A stretch of DNA of 42,688 nucleotides from Actinomycetes bacterium (GTDB lineage: Bacteria; Actinomycetota; Acidimicrobiia; Acidimicrobiales; Microtrichaceae): positions 1 to 42,688 of the forward strand of contig JAEXGP010000320.1 of NCBI GenBank assembly GCA_023450775.1, in the 5' to 3' direction. Below, in pieces: positions 24,969-33,000 of the stretch. Under the pieces are notes generated by a model. That model had not been told where the DNA came from. It made no database searches and saw only the letters and a list, made by a program, of their open reading frames with translations. Made by a program: the position numbers and the translations under genes. The stretch's first letter is position 1; every line of letters begins with the position of its first letter.

Positions 24969-26069
24969 TCAGGCGGTGTGGGTCGGGGCGGGGCGGCGCG
25001 GGATGTCGACGCCCTTGCGGCGCAGCAGCGCTACGCAGACCCAGCCGATCGGCACGACGAGCCAGTGCGACATCAGCCGGAACGCGACCGACGCCGCGAG
25101 GGCGGTCGAGGCGTCGGTCCCCGTGGCGGTCAGCCCCACGACGAGCGCCGCCTCCACCTGTCCGGCGCCGCCCGGGATGATCGGGACGGCGCCGGCGAGC
25201 TGGCTGGTGCCGTAGATCGCCAGCAACGATCCCCACGTCGACGCGTCGGACGGCACCTCTCCGCCCATCGCCGCGACGGCTGCGACCAGCGCAACGAACT
25301 CGCCGATCCAGCTGACCACCTGCAGCGCCCACGCCGCCGACCAGCGCCACGGCCCTGCCCGCACCGCCCCGAACGACTCGACGAACCGATCGGCCGCCGC
25401 ACGCGCCCCGGTCGCCGGCCCGTTCTGCTGTGCAGAACCGGAAGGATCCGTCTGGTTCTGCACAACAGAACGGGGGGTGACGAGGCGTCGGAGGGCGAGC
25501 CAGGTCCGGACGCACCACTCGGCCGGGCGCCGGAGCACCCACGGGTTCCGGGTGATGACGAAGAAGGCCGCCAGCAGGGCGAGCGCGACCACGCCGGGCA
25601 GCAGCGCCCGGCGCGGGTCCTCGCCGGCGAGCGCGTACCCGGCGAGCGTCATGAACACCAGCACGGCGGGGGCGACCACGCCCGTGGCGATCGTCGTCCA
25701 GCCGGCCAGGCCGCCGTCGGCGCCCGCTTCCCGATAGCGCTGGACCATGTAGCCGGTGGCGAGCGCGCCGCCGGCCGGGAGCGTCGCCGCGATCGCGCCG
25801 CTGGCGAACGACGCGGTGGTGGCCCGACCCAGCGGGAGGCGCGCCCCGCCGGCCGCGAGCAGGACCGAGCGGACGCCGGCGAAGAGCACGATCGACGCGA
25901 TGCTCGTGGCGGACCCGATGGCGATCCACGCCCAGTCCGCGTGCGCGAGCAGGTCGACCGCGTCCAGCACCTGGTCCCACTCCGCGACCACGAACGCGGC
26001 CAGTCCGACGAGCGCCAGGGCGACGACCGCGGCCCGCAGCCATCGGCCGGAGCGCTGCGGGCCGTCCAT
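24969..26069 (-). CDS. Lysylphosphatidylglycerol-synthase TM-domain (UPF0104/YbhN-like flippase) protein
   Basis: Multi-TM. 'AIAATLPAGGALATGY', 'AGAVPIIPGGAGQVEAALVVGL', 'AFRLMSHWLVVPIGW'. ATG 26069 follows a TACGAT hexamer. Confidence 0.82.
   Translation of the reverse strand: MDGPQRSGRWLRAAVVALALVGLAAFVVAEWDQVLDAVDLLAHADWAWIAIGSATSIASIVLFAGVRSVLLAAGGARLPLGRATTASFASGAIAATLPAGGALATGYMVQRYREAGADGGLAGWTTIATGVVAPAVLVFMTLAGYALAGEDPRRALLPGVVALALLAAFFVITRNPWVLRRPAEWCVRTWLALRRLVTPRSVVQNQTDPSGSAQQNGPATGARAAADRFVESFGAVRAGPWRWSAAWALQVVSWIGEFVALVAAVAAMGGEVPSDASTWGSLLAIYGTSQLAGAVPIIPGGAGQVEAALVVGLTATGTDASTALAASVAFRLMSHWLVVPIGWVCVALLRRKGVDIPRRPAPTHTA
25422..25471. repeat. 50-bp palindromic element (family A-like termini) inside a CDS
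   Basis: GTTCTGCTGTGCAGAACCGGA-AGGATCCG-TCTGGTTCTGCACAACAGAAC; 21-bp arms with 2 mismatches. Confidence 0.7.
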
Positions 26070-26209
26070 GCGGCGATCGTACGGCCGGTCCGGCCGCACG
26101 GCCGGTCTCGTGGCCGGGCCCGCGCCGGGGACGAGTCGTCGCACGAGGTGCGGCGAGGATCGCCGGAGTGCCCCGAACTCCCAGGGACCCGTTGGCTAGG
26201 GTCTTGTCC

Positions 26210-26911
26210 ATGGCCACCACGCAGCGACCGAGGACCCCGCGCTCGTCGGCTCCGCCGCCCGGTCCCAACCCCGTGAACCGTGGCCTGATCCTCATCGCCG
26301 TCGGCGTGGTGCTCGCCGTCATCCTGCTGGTCAAGGCCGGCGGTGCGGGCTTCGACGGCAACAAGTCCGATCTGGAGATCGGCGCGGGCGACGAGAAGGT
26401 CACGACCACCACCGAGGCCACGACCACGACCGTCGCCGAGCAGGCCCCGCAGACCGTGCAGGTCGTGGCGGCCAACGGCTCCGGCACCAGCGGCCTGGCG
26501 GGCAAGACCGGCCAGCTGCTCGCCCAGTCCGGCTACACGCAGGTGGTGGCGACCGACTCGCTGCAGCCCGTGACCGCGTCGCAGGTGCTCTACGCCACGG
26601 GCTACGACGCCAACGCCAAGTCGATCGCCACGATCCTCGGGCTGCCCGAGACCGCGGTCCAGCCGTTCGCCCCCGGCACGCAGGTGGCCAAGAACCAGCC
26701 GGCGACCGCCGGCGTGTTCGTGATGATCGGCCCGGACCTGACCGCCAAGCTCAACGGCGCGGCGGGCACCGGCGGCGCCACCACGACCACCGTGGCCGGC
26801 GGCGGCAGCGGCACCGGTGGCGGGACGACCGGCACGGGTGGCGCGACCACCACGACCGTGAAGTCGGGGACGTCCGGCTCGGGCAACGCCACCACGACCA
26901 CCGGCGGCTGA
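26210..26911 (+). CDS. LytR C-terminal domain (LytR_C) membrane-anchored protein with Thr/Gly-rich tail
   Basis: One TM, 'VQVVAANGSGTSGLAGKTGQLLAQSGY', 'SQVLY..GY...AKSIATILGL', 'VFVMIGPDL', poly-Thr repeats. TAGGGT 7 nt upstream. Confidence 0.82.
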   Translation: MATTQRPRTPRSSAPPPGPNPVNRGLILIAVGVVLAVILLVKAGGAGFDGNKSDLEIGAGDEKVTTTTEATTTTVAEQAPQTVQVVAANGSGTSGLAGKTGQLLAQSGYTQVVATDSLQPVTASQVLYATGYDANAKSIATILGLPETAVQPFAPGTQVAKNQPATAGVFVMIGPDLTAKLNGAAGTGGATTTTVAGGGSGTGGGTTGTGGATTTTVKSGTSGSGNATTTTGG

Positions 26912-26919
26912 CCGCCGAC

Positions 26920-27687
26920 GTGAGCGACCTCGACGCGCTCGAGCCGTTCCGCACCCACGCCGCCGATGCGCTGGTGGTGTTCGACTTCGACGGCACGCTC
27001 GCGCCGATCGTCGACGAACCGGCCGCGGCGGCGCCCATGGAGGGCGTCCCTGCAGCGCTGGAACGACTGGCGGCCCGCTTCGGCGAGGTCGCCGTCCTCT
27101 CGGGCCGACCGCTCGAGTTCCTGGAGCGCTGGTTCCCCGAGCCGTCGGGCGTCACGCTCGTCGGTCTCTACGGACTCGAGTCGCGCCGCCTCGGCGAGCG
27201 GGCCGACCATCCCACCTCCGGGGTCTGGCGCGAGACCATGGCCGACGTCGCCGGCCTGGCTCGCCTGCGGGGGCCCGACGGCATGGACATCGAGCTGAAG
27301 GGGCTGTCGATCACGCTGCACTACCGGCGGCGGCCGGAGCTCGAGGCGGAGGTGGTCGCCTGGGCGGAGCAGATCGCCGGGCCGACCGGCCTGCGGGCCC
27401 GACCCGCCAAGATGAGCGTGGAGCTGCACCCGCCGATCGACGAGGACAAGGGGACGGTGCTGCACCGCTTGGCCGCGTCGCACACGGGCCCGGTGCTCTT
27501 CGCGGGCGACGACGTCGGCGACGTGCCGGCGTTCCGGGTGCTCGACGAGCTGCGCGGCGCCGGGCGATCCGTGCTGGCCGTGGCCGTGGACGGCCCCGAG
27601 GTGCCCTCCGCCCTCACCGGTCGGGCGGACCTGGTGGTCGACGGACCGGCCGCCGTGGCCGACCTCGTCCTGGCGCTCGCGACCTGA
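26920..27687 (+). CDS. otsB: Trehalose-6-phosphate phosphatase
   Basis: HAD motif 'FDFDGTLAPIVDEP', 'VLSGRP', 'GLYGLE', 'DKG', 'FAGDDVGD'. Confidence 0.9.
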   Translation: MSDLDALEPFRTHAADALVVFDFDGTLAPIVDEPAAAAPMEGVPAALERLAARFGEVAVLSGRPLEFLERWFPEPSGVTLVGLYGLESRRLGERADHPTSGVWRETMADVAGLARLRGPDGMDIELKGLSITLHYRRRPELEAEVVAWAEQIAGPTGLRARPAKMSVELHPPIDEDKGTVLHRLAASHTGPVLFAGDDVGDVPAFRVLDELRGAGRSVLAVAVDGPEVPSALTGRADLVVDGPAAVADLVLALAT

Positions 27688-27720
27688 CCCCACATCCGGA
27701 CTGACCCTGCCGCCCCGCCC

Positions 27721-27770
27721 GTTCTGTGATGCCCGTGACCGGGTTTTCCCGGTCGGGAGCATCACAGAGC
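27721..27770. repeat. 50-bp palindromic REP-like element (family A)
   Basis: GTTCTGTGATGCCCGTGACCGGG-TTTT-CCCGGTCGGGAGCATCACAGAGC between convergent otsB/otsA. Near-identical inverted copy at 34398-34447. Confidence 0.8.
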
Positions 27771-27791
27771 CGGCGGGCGAGGCCGGCTGGC

Positions 27792-29183
27792 TCAGTCGTC
27801 GAGGGCGGCGAGCTGGTCGTCGAGCCAGTCGGTCGGCGTGCGCGACTCGGCGGACCGCCGCAGCATGGCGGCCCTGGCCTTCCGCTCGCCGGGGTCCCGG
27901 TCGAGCGCGGCGGCCAGCGCGTCGGCGGTCGCCTCGATGTCGAACGGCGAGATGCCGTCGGCCGCACCGACCAGCTCGGTCCAGGCCCCGGCCTCCGTGG
28001 ACAGCACCAGCTGCCCGTCGCGCTCGTTGACCATCGGCCCTTCCTTGGCGACCAGGTTCAGGCCGTCGCGGACGGGGTTGACCAGCAGCACGTCGTACCG
28101 GCGCAGCGCGGCGACCGACCGCGGGAAGTCGTCGTCGGTCATCAGCTCGATCGGCGTCCACCCACCGTCGGCCCACCGCTCGTTGACCTCGGCCGCCGCC
28201 GCCTCCACCTCGTCGCGGTAGCGGGCGTACGCCGGCACGCCGAGCCGCGACGGGTAGCAGCACGCCACGAACGTGACGCGGCCGCGCAGGTCGGGCCGGC
28301 GCTCCAGCAGGACGTCGTAGGCGCGGAAGCCGCGCACGATGTTCTTGGACAGCTCCATGCGGTCGACGCGCACGATCAGCTGCCGGTCGGCGACGAGCTC
28401 GTCCAGGTCCACGAGCGCGTGCTCGCAGTCCTCCTCCCGCACCACGCGGCGGAGGTCGTCGATGTCGCTGTTCAACGTGGACGCGAAGACCTTGGCCCGG
28501 CCCGCGTCGGGCACCGTGCCCCAGCGGTCCTGGACCGCGGCGTAGTTGTCCGCCCACTCCGGCACGTGGAACCCGCAGGCGTCGTGCGCGGCGAGCGCGT
28601 CGAGCATCTCGACGAGGGGACCCGTGGCCATGACGCGCGCGTTGTCGGGCCCGGCGAACGGCGTGTGGTGGAAGTGGACCAGCGCCAGGTCGTCTCGGGC
28701 AGCGCGCACGATCGGGGCGAGCATCGTCAGGTGGTAGTCCTGCACGAGCACGACGGCGTCCTGCGGCGCGTGGTCGATCACGGCCGTGGCGAACCGGCGG
28801 TTGACCGCCTTGTACGACTCCCAGCACTCGTGCCACGCCGCGTCGAGCTCCGGCTCCCGGGTCAGGTCGAACAGGCCGTGGTGCATGAACCACAGCGTCT
28901 GGTTGGCGACGACGTCGTAGTAGCGATCGAACTCGTCGGCCGGGATGTCGACCAGGTGGACGGGGTGACCCTGCGCGGCGGGCAGGTCGTCGGCCGCTGC
29001 CTTGCGGTCGGCGTCGGACAGCGCCGCGGCGATCCACGTGATCCGGCCCTCGTCCATGAGCGGCGCGAGACCGGAGACCAGCCCGCCCCCGCCGCGTTGG
29101 GGGACGAGCGTCCCGTCCTCGTCCCTGTAGCTGAGAGGCCCGCGGTTGGACGCGAGGACGATGGGTCGATCGGCCGTGTCCAC
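27792..29183 (-). CDS. otsA: Trehalose-6-phosphate synthase (GT20)
   Basis: 'LASNRGP', 'GGGGLVSGL', 'ANQTLWFMHH', 'VQDYHL', 'HFHHTPF', 'RVDRMELSKNIVRG', 'VNPVRDGLNLVAKEG', 'LSTEAGA'. Confidence 0.9.
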   Translation of the reverse strand: MDTADRPIVLASNRGPLSYRDEDGTLVPQRGGGGLVSGLAPLMDEGRITWIAAALSDADRKAAADDLPAAQGHPVHLVDIPADEFDRYYDVVANQTLWFMHHGLFDLTREPELDAAWHECWESYKAVNRRFATAVIDHAPQDAVVLVQDYHLTMLAPIVRAARDDLALVHFHHTPFAGPDNARVMATGPLVEMLDALAAHDACGFHVPEWADNYAAVQDRWGTVPDAGRAKVFASTLNSDIDDLRRVVREEDCEHALVDLDELVADRQLIVRVDRMELSKNIVRGFRAYDVLLERRPDLRGRVTFVACCYPSRLGVPAYARYRDEVEAAAAEVNERWADGGWTPIELMTDDDFPRSVAALRRYDVLLVNPVRDGLNLVAKEGPMVNERDGQLVLSTEAGAWTELVGAADGISPFDIEATADALAAALDRDPGERKARAAMLRRSAESRTPTDWLDDQLAALDD

Positions 29184-29276
29184 GTATCCACCCTACGAGG
29201 TCGGCCCCGGGGTCCCTGCCGGCACCCACCCTTCACCGGGCGTCGCGAGCATCGTCGCCACGTAGGCTCCACGGCC

Positions 29277-30272
29277 GTGCGCATCGTGGTGGCTCCCGAC
29301 AAGTTCCGGGGCACGGTGACCGCGAGCGAGTGCGCTGAGGCGCTGGCCGGACCGCTGCGCTCGGCGGGTCACGACGTGGTGGTCCGTCCCATGGCCGACG
29401 GCGGCGAGGGCACGCTCGACGCCCTGGGTGGTCCGAACCGGCGCACGGTCGTGACCGGTCCGGTCGGGGACCCGGTCGAGGCGGAGTGGCGCCTCTCCGG
29501 TCGGAGCGCGGTGATCGAGATGGCCCGCGCGTCGGGCCTGGCGATCGCCGGCGGGCCCGAGGAGAACGACGCGGTCGCCGCCTCCACGCACGGCACCGGC
29601 GAGCTGATCGCCGCCGCACTCGACGCCGGCGCGAACGACGTGGTGGTGGGCGTCGGCGGCTCGGCGACGACCGACGGCGGACTGGGCGCGCTGCGGGCGC
29701 TGTACCCGGTCCACCGGCTGCGGGGCGTGCGCCTGACCGTCGCGTGCGACGTGCGCACCCGCTTCGTGGACGCCGCCCGCGACTTCGCCCCGCAGAAGGG
29801 CGCCTCGCCCACCCAGGTCAAGCTCCTCGAACGGCGGCTGGAGCGGCTGCAGCAGGTCTACCTGGACGAGTACGGCGTGGACGTGTCCGAGCTGGAGTGC
29901 GCGGGCGCAGCGGGCGGCCTGGCGGGCGGCCTGGCGTGCGTGGGCGGCGAGCTGCTCAGCGGCTTCGACCTGGTCGCGGAGCGCCTCGACCTGGACGCGG
30001 ACGTGGAGGGCGCCGACCTGGTCGTGACCGGTGAGGGGTTCCTGGACGAGGAGTCCTTCGACGGCAAGGTCGTGGGCGGGATCGTCGACCTGGCCCGTCA
30101 CGTCGGCGTGCCCGTGGTCGCGGTCGTGGGGGAGTGCTTCGACGGGGCCGACGCGCTGGTGCCGACGGTCTCGCTCACCGCTCGCTTCGGTCGGGAGCGC
30201 GCCATGGCCGAGACCGCCGCGCTGCTCGCCGAGGTCGCACCGGAGCTGCCGGCGTTCGCGTCGCCGGGCTGA
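29277..30272 (+). CDS. glxK: Glycerate kinase (GlxK family)
   Basis: 'IVVAPDKFRGT', 'PMADGGEGT', 'AVIEMARASGL', 'GGSATTDGG', 'GAAGGLAGGL', 'VVTGEG..D.ES..GKV'. Confidence 0.9.
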   Translation: MRIVVAPDKFRGTVTASECAEALAGPLRSAGHDVVVRPMADGGEGTLDALGGPNRRTVVTGPVGDPVEAEWRLSGRSAVIEMARASGLAIAGGPEENDAVAASTHGTGELIAAALDAGANDVVVGVGGSATTDGGLGALRALYPVHRLRGVRLTVACDVRTRFVDAARDFAPQKGASPTQVKLLERRLERLQQVYLDEYGVDVSELECAGAAGGLAGGLACVGGELLSGFDLVAERLDLDADVEGADLVVTGEGFLDEESFDGKVVGGIVDLARHVGVPVVAVVGECFDGADALVPTVSLTARFGRERAMAETAALLAEVAPELPAFASPG

Positions 30273-30362
30273 CGTGAGCCGCCGTCGCTCTGGCGGCGGG
30301 ATCGGTCGTGTGACGACCGTTCCGCACGCCGAAGCCGGTCGCAGGTGGCCGGACCGCCCGCC

Positions 30363-31235
30363 TCAGTCGGGGTCGTAGCGGATGGCGTCGTCCATCTCCA
30401 TGGGCCCGGCGGCGCCGTGGCGCATGGTGGCCCGGACCGTCAGGAAGTCGACGGTGGCGCGCACGTCGTGGACGCGCACCAGGTCCTGGTCCTGCAGGTC
30501 GACCGACGACAGCACGCCGAGCGTGCCGGCGCCGCGGTCCCGGGGCAGCTGCCCGGTCAGCACGCCGACGAAGTCCTTGCGCGACACCGCCCACAGCACG
30601 CGGTCGATGCCGAGCTCGGCGCGCAGCCGCGGCACTGCCCGCAGCACCGCGACGGTCTCGTCGGGCGCCTTGTAGAGGTCGGGCCCGGGGTCGAGGATCA
30701 CCTGGTCCCGGTGCACGCCCGCACGGTCGAGCCACTCCATGCGCTCGGCGACGAACCGCAGGCAGTCCTCGACCGGGTCGGCCAGCCGCTCGCCCCGGGG
30801 GCGGCGCTGCTTGGGCACACCGGGGTTGAAGGCCACGACGATCGACGCGGGTGAGCCGGCGACCAGGTCGGCCAGCTCCAGGTCGGTGAGTCCCGACGGA
30901 TCGTTGACGATGGTCGCCCCGCACTGCAGCGCGGCATCGGCGACCTGGTGCCGGTAGGTGTCGACCGACAGGGTCACGTCGGGCACCCGGTCCCGGACCG
31001 CGGCCAGCACCGGCAGCAGGCGGGCGAGCTCGTTGTCGACCGAGATCTCGGGCTGGTCCGTGCGCAGCGACTGGGCGCCGACGTCGAGCACGTCCGCGCC
31101 GTCGGCGACCATCTCGGCGGCCAGGTCGGCCCCGTCCTCAGCCGCGACCTTGTTCTCGGAGAACGAGTCGGGCGACGCGTTGAGCACGGCGAACACGCCC
31201 GGGCGGGCGAGGCCCTGGCCGGTGGGCGCGCTCAC
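30363..31235 (-). CDS. folP: Dihydropteroate synthase family protein (FolP/FolP2-like)
   Basis: 'VLNASPDSFS', 'GADVLDVGAQS', 'LSVDTYR', 'IVNDPSG', 'ILDPGPD', 'AVSRKDFVG', 'VRVHDV'. GTG overlaps the gpgS stop. Confidence 0.85.
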   Translation of the reverse strand: MSAPTGQGLARPGVFAVLNASPDSFSENKVAAEDGADLAAEMVADGADVLDVGAQSLRTDQPEISVDNELARLLPVLAAVRDRVPDVTLSVDTYRHQVADAALQCGATIVNDPSGLTDLELADLVAGSPASIVVAFNPGVPKQRRPRGERLADPVEDCLRFVAERMEWLDRAGVHRDQVILDPGPDLYKAPDETVAVLRAVPRLRAELGIDRVLWAVSRKDFVGVLTGQLPRDRGAGTLGVLSSVDLQDQDLVRVHDVRATVDFLTVRATMRHGAAGPMEMDDAIRYDPD

Positions 31236-32269
31236 CGCTCGACCGTCCGGTCCTGGTCGCGACCCGCGCGGACGAGGTCCAGGTAGGCGGCCACCTCGAT
31301 CATCGGGGGGCGCTCCGACACGTCGACGGGGTGCGGCGCGCAGCCGGGCCGCAGGAGCTCCGCCACCGCGGGGACGGGGGCGGCCCCGTCGGCGACGTGC
31401 AGCCCGGACGACTGCGCGTGGCGCAGGATCGTCTGCGTGACGGCCATGGCCTGCGGCCCCAGGTCCTCCAGCGGGCGGTTGCGGTGGCGGCGCTCCTGCA
31501 GATCCACCTGCACCAGGCCGGTGGTGCCGCGCTGGCGGAGGTAGTGGAGGAGCATGCCGACCTCGACGCCGTAGCCCTGCACGAACGGCAGCCGCTCGAG
31601 CACGCTGCGCCGCCCGCCGTACTCGCCCGACAGGGGTTGGTAGAGGCCGGCGAGCGCCGGGAAGAGGAGCGACAGCAGCGGCCGCGCCACCAGCTCGGTG
31701 ACCCGCCCGCCCCCCACGCCATCGGCCTCGGGCCGGTGGTAGAAGCCCTTGACCAGCTCGACGTCCGGCTCGCAGAGCAGGGGCCCGAGCAGGCCGGTCA
31801 CCAGGTGCGCGCTGAAGTCGCTGAGGTCGGCGTCGCACCACAGGACCAGGTCGCCCGTCGTCACGTGCAGCGACTTCCAGAGCACCTCGCCCTTGCCGTG
31901 GCCGCGGCCGAACTCTCCCAGCACGTCCCCGGCGTGGACGACCCGGGCGCCGGCGTCGGCGGCGCGCCGCGCGGTGGCGTCGACCGAGTGGTCGTCGATC
32001 ACGACGAGCTCGTCGACCAGACCGACCTCGACGGCGTCGCGGACCAGCACCTCGACGATCGCGCCGACCGTGGTCGCCTCGTTGCGGGCGGGCAGGCAGA
32101 CCGACACGGTGGTGGTGCCCTTGGCCGCCAGCAGCTCGTCGACCGGGTGGTCGGCGTGGTGGAACGACCGGATGGGCGGGCAGTCCAGCGCGGCGCCGGC
32201 GTCGGTGGTCACGTCGGTGGGCTGGCGTCGGTCGTCCGGGCCGGTGGTCGGTCGCTGCTCGCTGGTCAT
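31232..32269 (-). CDS. gpgS: Glucosyl-3-phosphoglycerate synthase (GT81)
   Basis: 'VSVCLPARNEATTVG', 'GKGEVLWKSL', 'CDAD', 'LVKGFYHRP', 'GGGRVTELVARP', 'QPLSGEYGGRR', 'GYGVEVG', 'HRNRPL'. Confidence 0.92.
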   Translation of the reverse strand: MTSEQRPTTGPDDRRQPTDVTTDAGAALDCPPIRSFHHADHPVDELLAAKGTTTVSVCLPARNEATTVGAIVEVLVRDAVEVGLVDELVVIDDHSVDATARRAADAGARVVHAGDVLGEFGRGHGKGEVLWKSLHVTTGDLVLWCDADLSDFSAHLVTGLLGPLLCEPDVELVKGFYHRPEADGVGGGRVTELVARPLLSLLFPALAGLYQPLSGEYGGRRSVLERLPFVQGYGVEVGMLLHYLRQRGTTGLVQVDLQERRHRNRPLEDLGPQAMAVTQTILRHAQSSGLHVADGAAPVPAVAELLRPGCAPHPVDVSERPPMIEVAAYLDLVRAGRDQDRTVER

Positions 32270-32491
32270 GGGTGCATCGTCGTGATCGGACCCGGCCGGG
32301 CCGATCGGAACGGCCCGGGCAACCTATCCGCACCGCTGGCGGGAATCGTGCGCGCCGTCCGTGAGTTGAGTCAGTGGCGTCGCCACCTGCGGGACTTCAC
32401 GTGGCCCCCACGGCTGGTGGAGAATGCGACGCCTGTGACGGGGCGCAGCCCCGGACGCTCGACCGCCGAGCGACAGATCGAGGAGCACGAC

Positions 32492-32764
32492 ATGGTGACG
32501 ATCAGGATCCCGACCACCCTCCGGACGCTGACCGGCGGTTCGTCCTCGGTGGAGGTCGAGGGGGCGACGATCGGTGAGGTGCTGGCCAACCTCGACGCCG
32601 CGCACCCCGGGTTCAAGGACCGCCTCTTCGACGAGAACGGCGGTCTGCGCCGGTTCGTCAACGTGTTCCTGGCCGACGACGACGTGCGCTACCTGGACGG
32701 CGTCGACACGGCGGTGAACGACGGCGCCGAGGTGTCGATCATCCCGGCCGTCGCCGGCGGCTGA
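32492..32764 (+). CDS. MoaD/ThiS-family ubiquitin-like sulfur carrier (CysO-like)
   Basis: GAGGAG RBS. 'IRIPTTLRTLTGG...LRRFVNVFLADDDVRYL...IIPAVAGG' with C-terminal Gly-Gly. Confidence 0.92.
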   Translation: MVTIRIPTTLRTLTGGSSSVEVEGATIGEVLANLDAAHPGFKDRLFDENGGLRRFVNVFLADDDVRYLDGVDTAVNDGAEVSIIPAVAGG

Positions 32765-33000
32765 CGCTCCCCTCCGTCCCTTCCGCTCATCGTCCGGTCG
32801 TCGGCCGCCTTCCGACCGGCGGGCGACAGTGCGCTGCGTCGCGGGTGACCACAGGACCACCCGCTGGGCCTGAATTCCCCCCGCCCACCCCCTAGCGGTC
32901 CCTGCCGGGGCGCGGTTGACTCGTGTTCAGGTTCCGCCGACCGCTCGGCGGGCCGGGCGCCCTCCGGGGGGAGGGCGTGGCGATTCCTGATGGGGGAAAC

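Noticed and set aside
26760..26908. Thr/Gly-rich tandem repeats
   Set aside because: Low-complexity protein tail (GGATTTTV) of the LytR_C protein, not a DNA element.
32280..32491. SAM-I or SAM-IV riboswitch upstream of moaD
   Set aside because: Core consensus segments (ATC.AGAG...GCAACC...GTGC) are not found; kept only as an unassigned structured leader.
32870..33000. c-di-AMP (ydaO) riboswitch before the beta-helix lipoprotein
   Set aside because: GC-rich hairpins are present but the conserved ydaO motifs are not recognisable.
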